From: Planctomycetota bacterium
Lineage (GTDB): Bacteria > Planctomycetota > B15-G4 > JADJEK01
NCBI GenBank assembly: GCA_044225365.1
Contig: JBGAIQ010000015.1
Span: forward strand, 5,346 to 69,345
DNA length: 64,000 bases
Reading direction: 5' to 3'
This document shows, piece after piece, positions 27,672 to 37,335 of the stretch (its first letter is position 1; each line of letters begins with the position of its first letter). The translations under genes were made by a program, and so were the position numbers. Under the pieces are notes generated by a model. The model did not search any database. It saw only the letters and a list, made by a program, of their open reading frames with translations, and was not told the origin of the DNA.

Positions 27672-28139
27672 AGCCTGTGTCGCGCGGCGCAGCTCAGGGC
27701 GTTGCAGGTTCAAGAAGAAGTGGGTGTGACGCGGTGTGCCTCCGTTCGCGCGCAGAAGATCGAAACGCCGGGGTTTCGCGGGGTCGTCAACAAGAAGGCA
27801 AAGACCTCAAGAAAGAAAAATTTAGTTCGCGCCAGTTCGATCATCGTATGTACGAATACTGGCACGCCTGCTCGGTGGAAACAGGCGGAGAGTTTCGGCT
27901 CGGCTCCTTTTCAGCCTTTCGAAGAAGTTGGACGCGCAGCGAGGCGCGGAAGGAGTGGCGCCAAGACGAGGAAGCTGAAGGAGACGTTTCGCTGAAAAGC
28001 TATGGAGGCGATTCGCTACCGACTTCCGAGTCGAGCGAACGTCGGCTCGTTTCTTCAGCGGGCTGTCCGGGACGACTCGAGTTACATGGCATTCGAGGGC
28101 TGTGCCCCTGGGCATCCGGGGGACGCGAAGGAGGTTGAT

Positions 28140-28865
28140 ATGACCGCAAGCAAGTCGGCACTGGCGTGTGTAGGCCTGATTCTGCTCGTAGCCGTGGCGT
28201 TTTCTATGCGTGCTCGGCATCCAGGCGCAGCACCGATGGCTGGCGAGTCGCAGGCACTTGGTGACCCGCGAGAAGTCCACGACTATGCAGCGCTTCGAAC
28301 GCCAACTCGGGTTTCGACGCCAAGCGTGGCTGTGGATGCTTCCGAAGTTGAGGCAGTTTCGATCCCGCCGAAGATACAGCCGAGAAAGGAGCAGATCGAA
28401 GATTCACGGCTCGGCCGCTTCAAATGGAGTTTCCGACGCAAAGCTCCTACGGCCGAGAGAGTGCTGGCGAATGACTTCTTCAATCCAGACCACGCGATCT
28501 TGAGTGATGAGGCGAGGGCCGGTCTCGATGAGAAGCTGACCAGCATCATCCGACTCGAATCCGAGCTAGAGATGGGTTATCTCAGCACTCGTCAGAGTTA
28601 CGTCCTCGAGCGTCTTCGGGATGGACAATTTGAGCCACATCACGCGATCGATGGCAAACCATCACCACAAGACGCGCCCCGAGATCCTGAGGAGGAAGTC
28701 GTCTTTGCCGGCGACACCGCGAGAGGCGATTGCATTATCCGGATCCACTGGGGAGAAAGCGCGAGTCTAGACGGCGAAAGAGAGAAGATACTCGCTTTCA
28801 AATCCGAGTCCATCAAGGAGGTGACGAATTATATAGCGCAATGCAAGAGCGGCTCTCAGAAATAG
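28140..28865 (+). CDS. Hypothetical exported or membrane-anchored protein
   Basis: AAGGAGG SD; N-terminal hydrophobic ALACVGLILLVAVAF; AT-richer codons than its neighbours. Confidence 0.75.
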   Translation: MTASKSALACVGLILLVAVAFSMRARHPGAAPMAGESQALGDPREVHDYAALRTPTRVSTPSVAVDASEVEAVSIPPKIQPRKEQIEDSRLGRFKWSFRRKAPTAERVLANDFFNPDHAILSDEARAGLDEKLTSIIRLESELEMGYLSTRQSYVLERLRDGQFEPHHAIDGKPSPQDAPRDPEEEVVFAGDTARGDCIIRIHWGESASLDGEREKILAFKSESIKEVTNYIAQCKSGSQK

Positions 28866-28907
28866 CGGTGTTCTCGACTCTGGAGCACATTCAATAGGGG
28901 TATTCAA

Positions 28908-29420
28908 ATGAAGGTGATGCTGCTTCTCTTCCTGGTAATACTGATGCCTGCGTTCGCGTTCGGGCAGTCGCAATGCAATGGGCAGAAGTGTCGCGCGGCT
29001 GTTCTCAACTCGGAGGCCCCTGGCATCAACTACTGCTATTCGGCTACGATTACATTTTCGCCCGACGATGGGCTGCCGTGCGCCTGGGATGGCACGAAGT
29101 GTGTCGGCGACCCATGCTTCACTACATATACGGTCACGGTGACGAAGGCCGCGACTGGGAGCTGCACAGGTGCGAATGACTGCCCTTCACGGCTCAAGGA
29201 GGAGCACACGAAATGCAGTGTACTCGTCGGGACATCCGTGTTCATTCCAACGGATTATTCCGGAAACACCTACACGCATAGTGGATTCGTCGACATCCCG
29301 TGTGGATGCACATTTTCGATCAAGGTCTCGGTGAACAACCCGCCGGATCCATCGGACCCGTGCGTCGGAGGTTGGTCTTTCGCAAAGGGGGTCAGCTGTA
29401 CCAACTGCGTTGGTCTGTGA
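28908..29420 (+). CDS. Secreted cysteine-rich protein (14 Cys)
   Basis: Signal peptide MKVMLLLFLVILMPAFAFG; 14 cysteines counted in the mature part; ends CTNCVGL. Confidence 0.8.
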   Translation: MKVMLLLFLVILMPAFAFGQSQCNGQKCRAAVLNSEAPGINYCYSATITFSPDDGLPCAWDGTKCVGDPCFTTYTVTVTKAATGSCTGANDCPSRLKEEHTKCSVLVGTSVFIPTDYSGNTYTHSGFVDIPCGCTFSIKVSVNNPPDPSDPCVGGWSFAKGVSCTNCVGL

Positions 29421-29440
29421 TGTTGTTCAGCAGGCCCTAA

Positions 29441-29601
29441 CAGCCTGTTGAAGAACTGGGCCGGCGTTCGCCCGGCTGCGGAGCGCGTGAGCTTCGTCGG
29501 ACATCGTCACCATGTCTTTCCATTGACATGCCTCCGATGTCCTCCTCGCTCGCACGCTCCTCACTCGGGCTCGGCGCTCGGCCGAGATCTTCAACAGGCT
29601 G
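29441..29601. mobile_element. MITE-like element, copy 1 (161 bp)
   Basis: 14-bp perfect terminal inverted repeats CAGCCTGTTGAAGA / TCTTCAACAGGCTG; internal hairpin GGACATCG...CGATGTCC. Confidence 0.75.
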
Positions 29602-29625
29602 CTAACACTCCCCCCTTCCCCCGAA

Positions 29626-29786
29626 CAGACCATTGAACAACTCGGCCGGCATTCGCCCGGCTGCGAAAGGCCAGGAAATCGTCGGACATCGTCGCCACAA
29701 CGGTCCACGGATATGGCGACGATGTCCTCCCCGTCCTGACGCTTCTCGCTCGGTCGCGGCGCTCCGCCGACTTGTTCAACGGGCTG
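29626..29786. mobile_element. MITE-like element, copy 2 (161 bp, diverged)
   Basis: Imperfect TIR CAGACCATTGAACAACTCGGC / GCCGACTTGTTCAACGGGCTG; shares internal GCCGGCRTTCGCCCGGCTGCG and GGACATCGTC...GATGTCC blocks with copy 1. Confidence 0.7.
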
Positions 29787-30067
29787 TGACGTCATGAACC
29801 GGGAGTCGGGGCCCGACTCGGCGGCCCTGACAATCGCGGGTGCCGCGTGCCGTGGATGGCTCCCTTTCCGCCTTCCGTCCTCCTCCGACCTCCGTGGCCC
29901 TCCGTGGAAAACGAGTCGCGTCAACCTCGCGGACAGCCCTCGGCGTCCGTCGACCGACTTCGTGATTCGGCTTCCGCCGAGATCCTCGTGCATCCACTCG
30001 TCGCTTGCGCGGGGTTTGTATCCTCCTTGCCGTTTTCCCCAGGTCCGTGGACGTCCTTCGCGGCGAG

Positions 30068-31372
30068 GTGACTTTGAGGCAAGAGGCGGCTCGATCGGTG
30101 TGGAATCGACGGTCCTACGTCGTCGTGATGATGTTCCTCGCCGTCGTGATCGGTTACTCCGATCGCGTGAACATCTCCGTCGCGTCGATGGAGATGAAGG
30201 ACGAGTTCGGATGGAGCCAGACGACGAAGGGCGTCGTCCTCTCCGCGTTCTTCATCGGCTACATGGCATTCATGTTCGTGAGCGGCTGGCTCGCGACGCG
30301 CTACTCGGGACGACTCGTGTTCGGGCTCGCCGTGCTCTGGTGGTCGTCGTTCACGCTCCTCACGCCGCTCGCCGCGTCGATCTCGCTGCCCATGTTGATC
30401 GCCGCCCGCATCGCTCTCGGGATCGGTGAGTCGGCGATGTTCCCGGCGGCGATCGAGATGATGGGTCGCTGGGTGCCTTCCTCCGAACTGACGCGCGCCA
30501 ACGCAACGGTCATGTGCGGTATCTCGTTCGGTACCGTCGTCGGCCTCATCGGCACGAGTTTCCTCGTCGGGCACTTCCACTGGCCCGTCGCGTTCTACGC
30601 GTTCGGCGCGGTTGGCCTCGTGTGGACCGCGATCTGGTTCAAGACCGTCGTCAACGATCCGCACGACGATCCTCGAATGCATTCCGAAGAGCGCGCCTTC
30701 ATCCTCGCGAGCGCGCAGCCGACCGCGGCCCCACTCGCGCCGACGAATCCGGCATCGCGCGGCGCGACGTGGCGTGCCGTGATGCGCCACCGCGAATTCT
30801 GGGCGCTCGTCGTCACGCACTTCGCCGCGACGTGGACGCTCTACATGCTCGTCACGTGGCTGCCGAGCTACCTGCGCGATGCGCGACATCTCAGCATCCA
30901 GAACTCGGGGCTGCTTTCCGCAGCGCCGTGGCTCGCGATGTTCGTGTCGACCTTCCTCGCCTCGCACGTCGCGGATCGCCTCACGCGACGGACGGGGCGA
31001 CTTGGCCTCACGCGCAAAGTGATGCAGTCGGTCGGCCTCCTCGGCTCCGGCGCGCTGCTCCTCGTCGCGCAGCGCGTCGATTCGGTCGCGATGGCCGTCA
31101 CGATCCTGTGCATCGCGACGTTGCTCTACGGCTGCGTGTACTCGGGATATGGGCCGAACTTCCTCGACATCGCTCCTCGTCACGCGAGCATCCTCGCCGG
31201 CTTCTCGAACACGATCGCGACGATCCCGGGAATCGTCGGCGTGAGCATCACGGGCTGGCTCGTCGACGTGACGCAGAGTTACGCGGCGGCCTTCGTTCTT
31301 GCGGCGTCGATCAGTCTTCTCGGCTCGCTCACGTTCTGCGCATTCGGCACCGGCCGGCGACTCGTCGAGTGA
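30068..31372 (+). CDS. MFS transporter, anion:cation symporter (ACS) family
   Basis: YSDRVNISVA, SAFFIGY, RIALGIGES, WLPSYL and DIAPRHASILAGFSNT; about 12 TM helices. Exact start uncertain (30005-30098). Confidence 0.9.
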   Translation: MTLRQEAARSVWNRRSYVVVMMFLAVVIGYSDRVNISVASMEMKDEFGWSQTTKGVVLSAFFIGYMAFMFVSGWLATRYSGRLVFGLAVLWWSSFTLLTPLAASISLPMLIAARIALGIGESAMFPAAIEMMGRWVPSSELTRANATVMCGISFGTVVGLIGTSFLVGHFHWPVAFYAFGAVGLVWTAIWFKTVVNDPHDDPRMHSEERAFILASAQPTAAPLAPTNPASRGATWRAVMRHREFWALVVTHFAATWTLYMLVTWLPSYLRDARHLSIQNSGLLSAAPWLAMFVSTFLASHVADRLTRRTGRLGLTRKVMQSVGLLGSGALLLVAQRVDSVAMAVTILCIATLLYGCVYSGYGPNFLDIAPRHASILAGFSNTIATIPGIVGVSITGWLVDVTQSYAAAFVLAASISLLGSLTFCAFGTGRRLVE

Positions 31373-31503
31373 TCGCGCGGGCGGACGGCGAGATTCCGCC
31401 GATTTCCTGCCCTGGATCGTCTTCGCACAGGCATCCTGTTCGGACCCGCACGGACTCGCCTCTCGGCCGGCGAACGCCGACGGCCAGCAGGAACCCGAAC
31501 TCG

Positions 31504-34500
31504 ATGACGTCGCTTCGCCGAATGAAATCCTGCCGCGCGCATCGATGCGTGTCCGCGTTCATCGCCGCTTCGTTCGTGGTTTGCGGATGTGCGCCGCGCG
31601 AGGATCTGACCGCGCCGCCACCGCTGCCGGGTGCAATCCGGATCGACGTCGATTCCCGCGCCGACTGGACGGCGACGCCGTTCGTCGTCGCCGCCGGGAA
31701 CCAGATCGAAGTCCTCGCGACCGGAGACGTGCGAGTCGCGAAGAACGGACCGTTCGGTTGGAACGGCGCGACGTACTCCGGCCCGCACGGCACGTACGCA
31801 TGGCGCGACGAGGATTCGGAAGGGGAGTTCCCCCTCGCCGCGGGAGAAGCGGGTCCCGCGCCAGCCTTCGCGCTCATCGGCAGGATCGGCAAGTCGGGCG
31901 CGCCGTTCCTGATCGGCGGACATCGAATCTGGCGCGCGGCAAGTACCGGTGTCCTCGAGCTGCGCATCAACGACGCCGATCTCGACGACAACTCGGGCCG
32001 TTTCCGCGTCGCTGTGAAGGTGTCGAGCGCGTCGCGCGAAGGGGCGCCGAGAAGGGACTCCGCGCCTCAGGACGAGCGAGCCGTCATCACCGAGAAGGCG
32101 GCGCCGAACCCCGTCCCCGATTCGCACGTGATCCTGCTGTTCGTCGATGGGCTGCGCTACGACGTGCTGCGCGAGATGGCGTTCAACGGCTACCTCCCGA
32201 ACTTCAAGAGCCTGTTCTTCGACGGCGGCGTCGACATGGAGCGCACGTTCACGATCGCGCCCGCCAACACGATCCCGGCGACGACGGCCTGCCTCACGGG
32301 CTCGTGGCCCGATCGGACGGGGCTCTTCGAGCAGGTCGTCTTCCATCGCGCGCAGGGCACGCTCGACACGCTCCTCGACACGCTCGGACCCGCGAATTCC
32401 GCGCGCAAGATAAGGCCCGAATGGTGGCGGACTCCGTTCCCGTCGGGCGCCGAGCGGCCGCTCCTCATCAACGAGTGGTGCGACTACGCGAAGGTCCCGT
32501 TCGCTTCGACCGTTCTCCCCGTGCTGCCCGATTATCCGCCGGACCTCTACTTCCAGCGACTCGCGAACGTCGTCCCGTTGTTCGGTGCGCATCACTTGCG
32601 TCGCACCTACGCGGATCGCGTTCAGACTTCCTTCGCGCTCGAACGGGTCGTGCGGAAGGAGAACCGGGTGATGTCTCTCTGGTATCCGGGCGCCGATGCC
32701 GCGGGCCACGAGAGCCCGCGAGGGTTGTTCGGCGCGGCGCGACGGGAGCTCGCGTGGATCGACGAGGATCTCGCGAAGCTACGCGACAAGGTGGCCGCCG
32801 AGGGAATGGCGGATCGCACGTACTGGATGCTCTTCGCCGATCATGGCTCGATCGGCGGCAACGACTTCATCTCGCGCAACTACGACCTCGCGAACGATTT
32901 CTTCTACGAGTCGATTCGCAACTCCGACGGCGATCGGGCGCCCGATCTCGACGGCGGCCTCGGAATGAACGTATTGTTCCAGGCTCACGACATCTCGGTG
33001 GAACGTTCGCATCCCGATCTGTCCGGCTCCGACTACGCGGTGTGCGCGACGCAGGCGTACGCAGCGTCGTGGATCGCATTGCCCAAGGGCTCGTTCCTGT
33101 CGCGCGACTGGTCGTCGCCGAACACGATCGATGAACTCACGCATTATCCGATCCATCCACAGTTCGACCCGATCGACATCCCGCAACGATTGCTCTCGGT
33201 CACGAGTACCGAGGGCAAGGCAGCCGGGATCGGCGAACATCCCGTCGAACTCGTCGTAGTCCCTGTCGAGGGTCAGCGCGTTCTGGTCCTCGGCCGCGAA
33301 CACCGCGCGGCGCTCATCGAGCGGCGGCGGGTCGACCCCGCCACGGCGGACCATGCGACGGCGGGAACCCCCAACCCCCGAGTCTTCGAGTTCCGCTATC
33401 GACCGCTCGAGAGATGGACCACGAAGGGAACCGAGTTCGCATTCGAACCGACGCTCGACGTGGGCAAGGACCCACTCGGCTATCTCGGAAGCGAAGCGTT
33501 TCGCACCGCGCTCGAGGAGAATCCGAAGTGGCTCGAGGAGTGGCACGACGATCGCACCTGGCTCGCGATGACGGCGGACTCGAACTATCCCGACGCCGTC
33601 GTCGCCTTTGCGCATCAACAGCTCGAGGATCCCACGCAGCCGCGGGTCGAGGCGAATGAGCGCTACGACTTCTTCGTGGTTGCATCCCGAGGCTGGAATT
33701 TCGCGACGGGCCGCGTGAAGCCCGCAGTGCACCACGGCGCTCCGCAGTACGAAGGAACGCACATCCCGTTCATGGTCTCGGGTCCGAACATCGCGAAGGG
33801 CGCGCGAGTCGTGCGCCCCGCGCGGATCATCGACGTGCTGCCGACCCTGCTCGACATCGTCGGGATCACCCACGAAGACGCGGCGCTGGACGGCAGCGCC
33901 GTCCGTGAGATCTGGGCATCGCCGGATGCGACGCCATCCGCGACGTCTCCGCGGGCCGTGCCGCTCGCGGTCGACCTCTCACCGTCGTATCCCCCGCCCG
34001 ATGAGCGGGTCGAGCACGCCGCGCTGATCCACGACCCCGAGGAGTGGTACGACCTCCACAACATCGCGACCGACCTGACCGGCTTCTTCCTCCAGGAACT
34101 CGTGAACCTGTTCGATGGACCGCTCGACACCGTGATCCCCGGGCAGGAACGTCGCCCGATCTCGAGCACGATCGACTACCTCGTCCGCTCCTACGGCAAG
34201 CTCCCCGAGAACAAGTTGCGAACGCGGCCCGCCGAGCTGTTCGAGGCACTCCGCCTGCGCCACATCACGATCGGCGAGTTCATCAATCCCGTGCAGAGCC
34301 TGCAGCACGTCGATCGCGCCGTCGGCGTCGTGCGCTGGGGGCAAGACGTGATCAAGGATCCCGTGCGGCCCCTCGGCGACGGCGCTCTCGTCGTGTACTA
34401 CCCGATCGACAAAGTACTCGATGGGACAGTGTGGCTGGCGCTCCAGATTCGCGACGTCGTGGAGCGGGGTCTGATCGGTTGGATCGACGGCTCGATCAAC

Positions 34501-34590
34501 GGAATCGAGGGCGGCATGCGTGCTTGCGCGCGAGCGTTCGGGAACGGGACCGATCCCGCGTCGCCCCGGCTCGCCACTTCGTCGAAGTGA
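31504..34590 (+). CDS. Probable lipoprotein: LecA/PA-IL-like domain plus alkaline phosphatase/nucleotide pyrophosphatase superfamily domain
   Basis: Lipobox-like VCGC; LIGRIG...LELRINDADLDDNSG (lectin-like); LFVDGLRYD, PANTIPA (Thr nucleophile), DAAGH, FADHG, HHG and IIDVLPTLL. Start 31504 or 31522. Confidence 0.82.
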   Translation: MTSLRRMKSCRAHRCVSAFIAASFVVCGCAPREDLTAPPPLPGAIRIDVDSRADWTATPFVVAAGNQIEVLATGDVRVAKNGPFGWNGATYSGPHGTYAWRDEDSEGEFPLAAGEAGPAPAFALIGRIGKSGAPFLIGGHRIWRAASTGVLELRINDADLDDNSGRFRVAVKVSSASREGAPRRDSAPQDERAVITEKAAPNPVPDSHVILLFVDGLRYDVLREMAFNGYLPNFKSLFFDGGVDMERTFTIAPANTIPATTACLTGSWPDRTGLFEQVVFHRAQGTLDTLLDTLGPANSARKIRPEWWRTPFPSGAERPLLINEWCDYAKVPFASTVLPVLPDYPPDLYFQRLANVVPLFGAHHLRRTYADRVQTSFALERVVRKENRVMSLWYPGADAAGHESPRGLFGAARRELAWIDEDLAKLRDKVAAEGMADRTYWMLFADHGSIGGNDFISRNYDLANDFFYESIRNSDGDRAPDLDGGLGMNVLFQAHDISVERSHPDLSGSDYAVCATQAYAASWIALPKGSFLSRDWSSPNTIDELTHYPIHPQFDPIDIPQRLLSVTSTEGKAAGIGEHPVELVVVPVEGQRVLVLGREHRAALIERRRVDPATADHATAGTPNPRVFEFRYRPLERWTTKGTEFAFEPTLDVGKDPLGYLGSEAFRTALEENPKWLEEWHDDRTWLAMTADSNYPDAVVAFAHQQLEDPTQPRVEANERYDFFVVASRGWNFATGRVKPAVHHGAPQYEGTHIPFMVSGPNIAKGARVVRPARIIDVLPTLLDIVGITHEDAALDGSAVREIWASPDATPSATSPRAVPLAVDLSPSYPPPDERVEHAALIHDPEEWYDLHNIATDLTGFFLQELVNLFDGPLDTVIPGQERRPISSTIDYLVRSYGKLPENKLRTRPAELFEALRLRHITIGEFINPVQSLQHVDRAVGVVRWGQDVIKDPVRPLGDGALVVYYPIDKVLDGTVWLALQIRDVVERGLIGWIDGSINGIEGGMRACARAFGNGTDPASPRLATSSK

Positions 34591-34674
34591 TGGCGTTGCG
34601 CGAAGCCCAGGAATCGGGGATACTCGTCCCTTGGAGAGCCCTCTTCAAGTCGGGCGAGTACCAGGAAATCGAAC

Positions 34675-37260
34675 ATGACTCCACGAACGTCGACTCGACG
34701 CGCGAGCGTTCTTCCGCTCATTGCCGTCCTCGCTACGGTTCCATGCCATATCGCTGCCGCGCAGACCAAGCCTCTGTTCCCTGCGGTGCAGTACGCGAGC
34801 GGCCCTGCTACCTCGGGAGTCGCGATCGGCGACCTCAACGGTGACGGGAAGATCGACGTCGCGACCTGCAATCGAGGCGCCGACAACGTGGTCGTGCGTC
34901 TCGGCAGCGGCTTCGGTGCGTTCGGTACGGCCGCGACCTTCGCCGTCGGATCGCTGCCGGACGCGATCGCGATCGCGGACGTGAACGGCGATGGCAAGCT
35001 CGACTTCGTCACCGCGAATTCGGGCCCTTCGAACATCAGCGTCGCTCTCGGGAACGGCGCGGGCTCGTTCGCCGCAGCGGTCTCGTTCGCCGCAGGCGCC
35101 GGAACTCTCACCGACGTCGCGCTCGCCGATCTCGATGGGGATGGGAAGATCGACGCGCTCGTCGACAACACCCTGACGAACTCGCTCAGCTTCCTGAAGG
35201 GCAACGGCGCGGGTTCCTTCGCTGCTCCGCAATCGATCGCCGTAGGAACCGCGCCCGAGCGCGTCGCTCTTTCCGACCTCGACAACGACGGCGATCTCGA
35301 TCTCGTCGTCGCGAACAACGGATCGAACGACGTCTCGGTGCGCCGCTCGAACGGCAACGGGACTTTCGCGGTGGTGGCGAGCATCGCGGGGAACAACTTC
35401 CCGCGCGGCGTTGCGGCGGGCGATCTCAACAACGATGGCCTCGCCGACGTCATCGCGGCGAATCAACTCTCGCAAGACCTCTCGATCGCGAAGGGGCTCG
35501 GCGCGGCGACGTTTGCGGCACCGACGACGCTGGTCCTCGATACTAGTTTCGGCCCGGCGTATCCGCGTGATCTCGCGATCCTCGATCTCGATGCCGACGG
35601 CAAGCGCGACGTGCTGGTGCTCGGACAGGGCCCCGACCGGGTATACACCCTCATCGGCGATGCGCTGTTCCACTTCACACAAGGCGGCTCGTTCGGTGTC
35701 GGCACGGAGCCCGTGCGCATGGCGACGGGATTCGTCAACGGCGACGGCACGCCCGACGTGATCACCGCGGGCAACGGGGCGAAGGCCGCTACGGTCCTCC
35801 TCGGTAACGGCGTCGGTGGGTTCATCCAGTCGCCTTCGTATCCGCTGCCGGCCGATGGAACGTGCGTCGCGCTCGGCGACCTGAACGGCGATGCCAAGCT
35901 CGACGCGGTCGTCGGCGCCGGATTCAGTTCGAAGTACGTGGTCTTCACTGGCAATGGCGGCGGCGCGCTCACCAACGTGGGCACGTTGTTGTCGGGAGCG
36001 AATCCCGCGGGCTGCAGGCTCGGCGACTTCAACGCGGACGGGAAGCTCGATCTGATCTCGACCGCGCTCTTCTCGTCGTCGGTCGCGCTGCACCTCGGCA
36101 ATGGCACGGCGACGTTCGCGCCGTTCACGTCGTTCGCCGTCGGCCCGCAACCGCGCGGCATCGCCGCGGGCGACCTGAATGGCGACGGCAAGCTTGACGC
36201 CGTCGTCGCGAACTTCGGGAGCACGACCGCTTCGGTGCTCGTCAACAGCGGCGGCGGATCGTTCGCTCCCGCAGTGAACTACACCTGCGGCACGCAGCCC
36301 GGATTTCCCGCGCTCGGCGACACCGATCTCGACGGGGATCTCGATCTCGTCGTCGTGAACGTGTGGAGTCCCGACGTGTCGTACCTCCGCAACAACGGCG
36401 GCGGCAGCGGGACCTTCGCGCCCGCCGTGGCGCTCGCCAACGGGACGAATGGGTCTCACATCGTGCTCGACGATGTGAACAACGACGGTCGGCCCGACAT
36501 GATCGCGACGAATGGCGGCTCCCAGGATCTGTGGATCCGGCTCGGAGGAGCGGGCGGAAACTTCGGCGCGGCGACGGTGATCTCGGGTTTCCCCGGCGCC
36601 GCGAGCACGGCCGTGGTCGACGTGTCCGGCGATTCGAAGAAGGACCTCGCGGTCGTCAATTCGCTCGGCAACACGGTGTCGGTACTCGAAGGAAACGGAG
36701 CCGGCGCGTTCGCGCTCGCCGCCGACTACGTGACGGGGGTCGGCCCGGTCGCAATCGCGGCCGGTGATATCAACGGCGACGGCAAGAGCGATCTCCTCGT
36801 CGCGAACGGATCGTCTTCGAACGACGCGACATTGCTCCTGAACCAGAGCACCGCGGCCTATGTATTCGCCTATGGGACGACCGGAACGCACTGCGTGGGC
36901 AGCGGCGGTTTCACGCCGCGATTGCAGATGACCTGCTGCCCGATCCCGGGGCAGAGCGTGACGCTCACTCTCGACAAGGCCCTTGGCCCGTCGACCGCGA
37001 TCCTCCTCTTCGGCCTCGCTCAGGCCTCGATCCCGATTCCCGGGCCCGGCGCGTGCCTCCTGCGAGTCTCCCCGTTGTTGCCGCTCACGCTGACGTTGCC
37101 ACTCTTCGGTACGGGCGCGGGTAACGGTGTGATATCCTTCCCCTCCGCGATTCCCCCGGGCGTGTACAACGCGACCGTCACGTTACAGGGATTCGTCGTC
37201 GATCCCGGAGTGCCGCAAGGCTACGCCGGTTCGAACGGCCTCGAGATCCACATTCCCTGA
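34675..37260 (+). CDS. Secreted FG-GAP/VCBS repeat protein with shared C-terminal domain
   Basis: More than a dozen GDLNGDGKxD-type repeats; signal peptide; ends LQGFVVDPGVPQGYAGSNGLEIHIP. Confidence 0.92.
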   Translation: MTPRTSTRRASVLPLIAVLATVPCHIAAAQTKPLFPAVQYASGPATSGVAIGDLNGDGKIDVATCNRGADNVVVRLGSGFGAFGTAATFAVGSLPDAIAIADVNGDGKLDFVTANSGPSNISVALGNGAGSFAAAVSFAAGAGTLTDVALADLDGDGKIDALVDNTLTNSLSFLKGNGAGSFAAPQSIAVGTAPERVALSDLDNDGDLDLVVANNGSNDVSVRRSNGNGTFAVVASIAGNNFPRGVAAGDLNNDGLADVIAANQLSQDLSIAKGLGAATFAAPTTLVLDTSFGPAYPRDLAILDLDADGKRDVLVLGQGPDRVYTLIGDALFHFTQGGSFGVGTEPVRMATGFVNGDGTPDVITAGNGAKAATVLLGNGVGGFIQSPSYPLPADGTCVALGDLNGDAKLDAVVGAGFSSKYVVFTGNGGGALTNVGTLLSGANPAGCRLGDFNADGKLDLISTALFSSSVALHLGNGTATFAPFTSFAVGPQPRGIAAGDLNGDGKLDAVVANFGSTTASVLVNSGGGSFAPAVNYTCGTQPGFPALGDTDLDGDLDLVVVNVWSPDVSYLRNNGGGSGTFAPAVALANGTNGSHIVLDDVNNDGRPDMIATNGGSQDLWIRLGGAGGNFGAATVISGFPGAASTAVVDVSGDSKKDLAVVNSLGNTVSVLEGNGAGAFALAADYVTGVGPVAIAAGDINGDGKSDLLVANGSSSNDATLLLNQSTAAYVFAYGTTGTHCVGSGGFTPRLQMTCCPIPGQSVTLTLDKALGPSTAILLFGLAQASIPIPGPGACLLRVSPLLPLTLTLPLFGTGAGNGVISFPSAIPPGVYNATVTLQGFVVDPGVPQGYAGSNGLEIHIP

Positions 37261-37335
37261 CCTTCTCGCTCCGTCCACGCGCAATCGTCGCGCTCGACAC
37301 CGCACTTCGTATCCCATCTACGGAGATTCTTGTCC

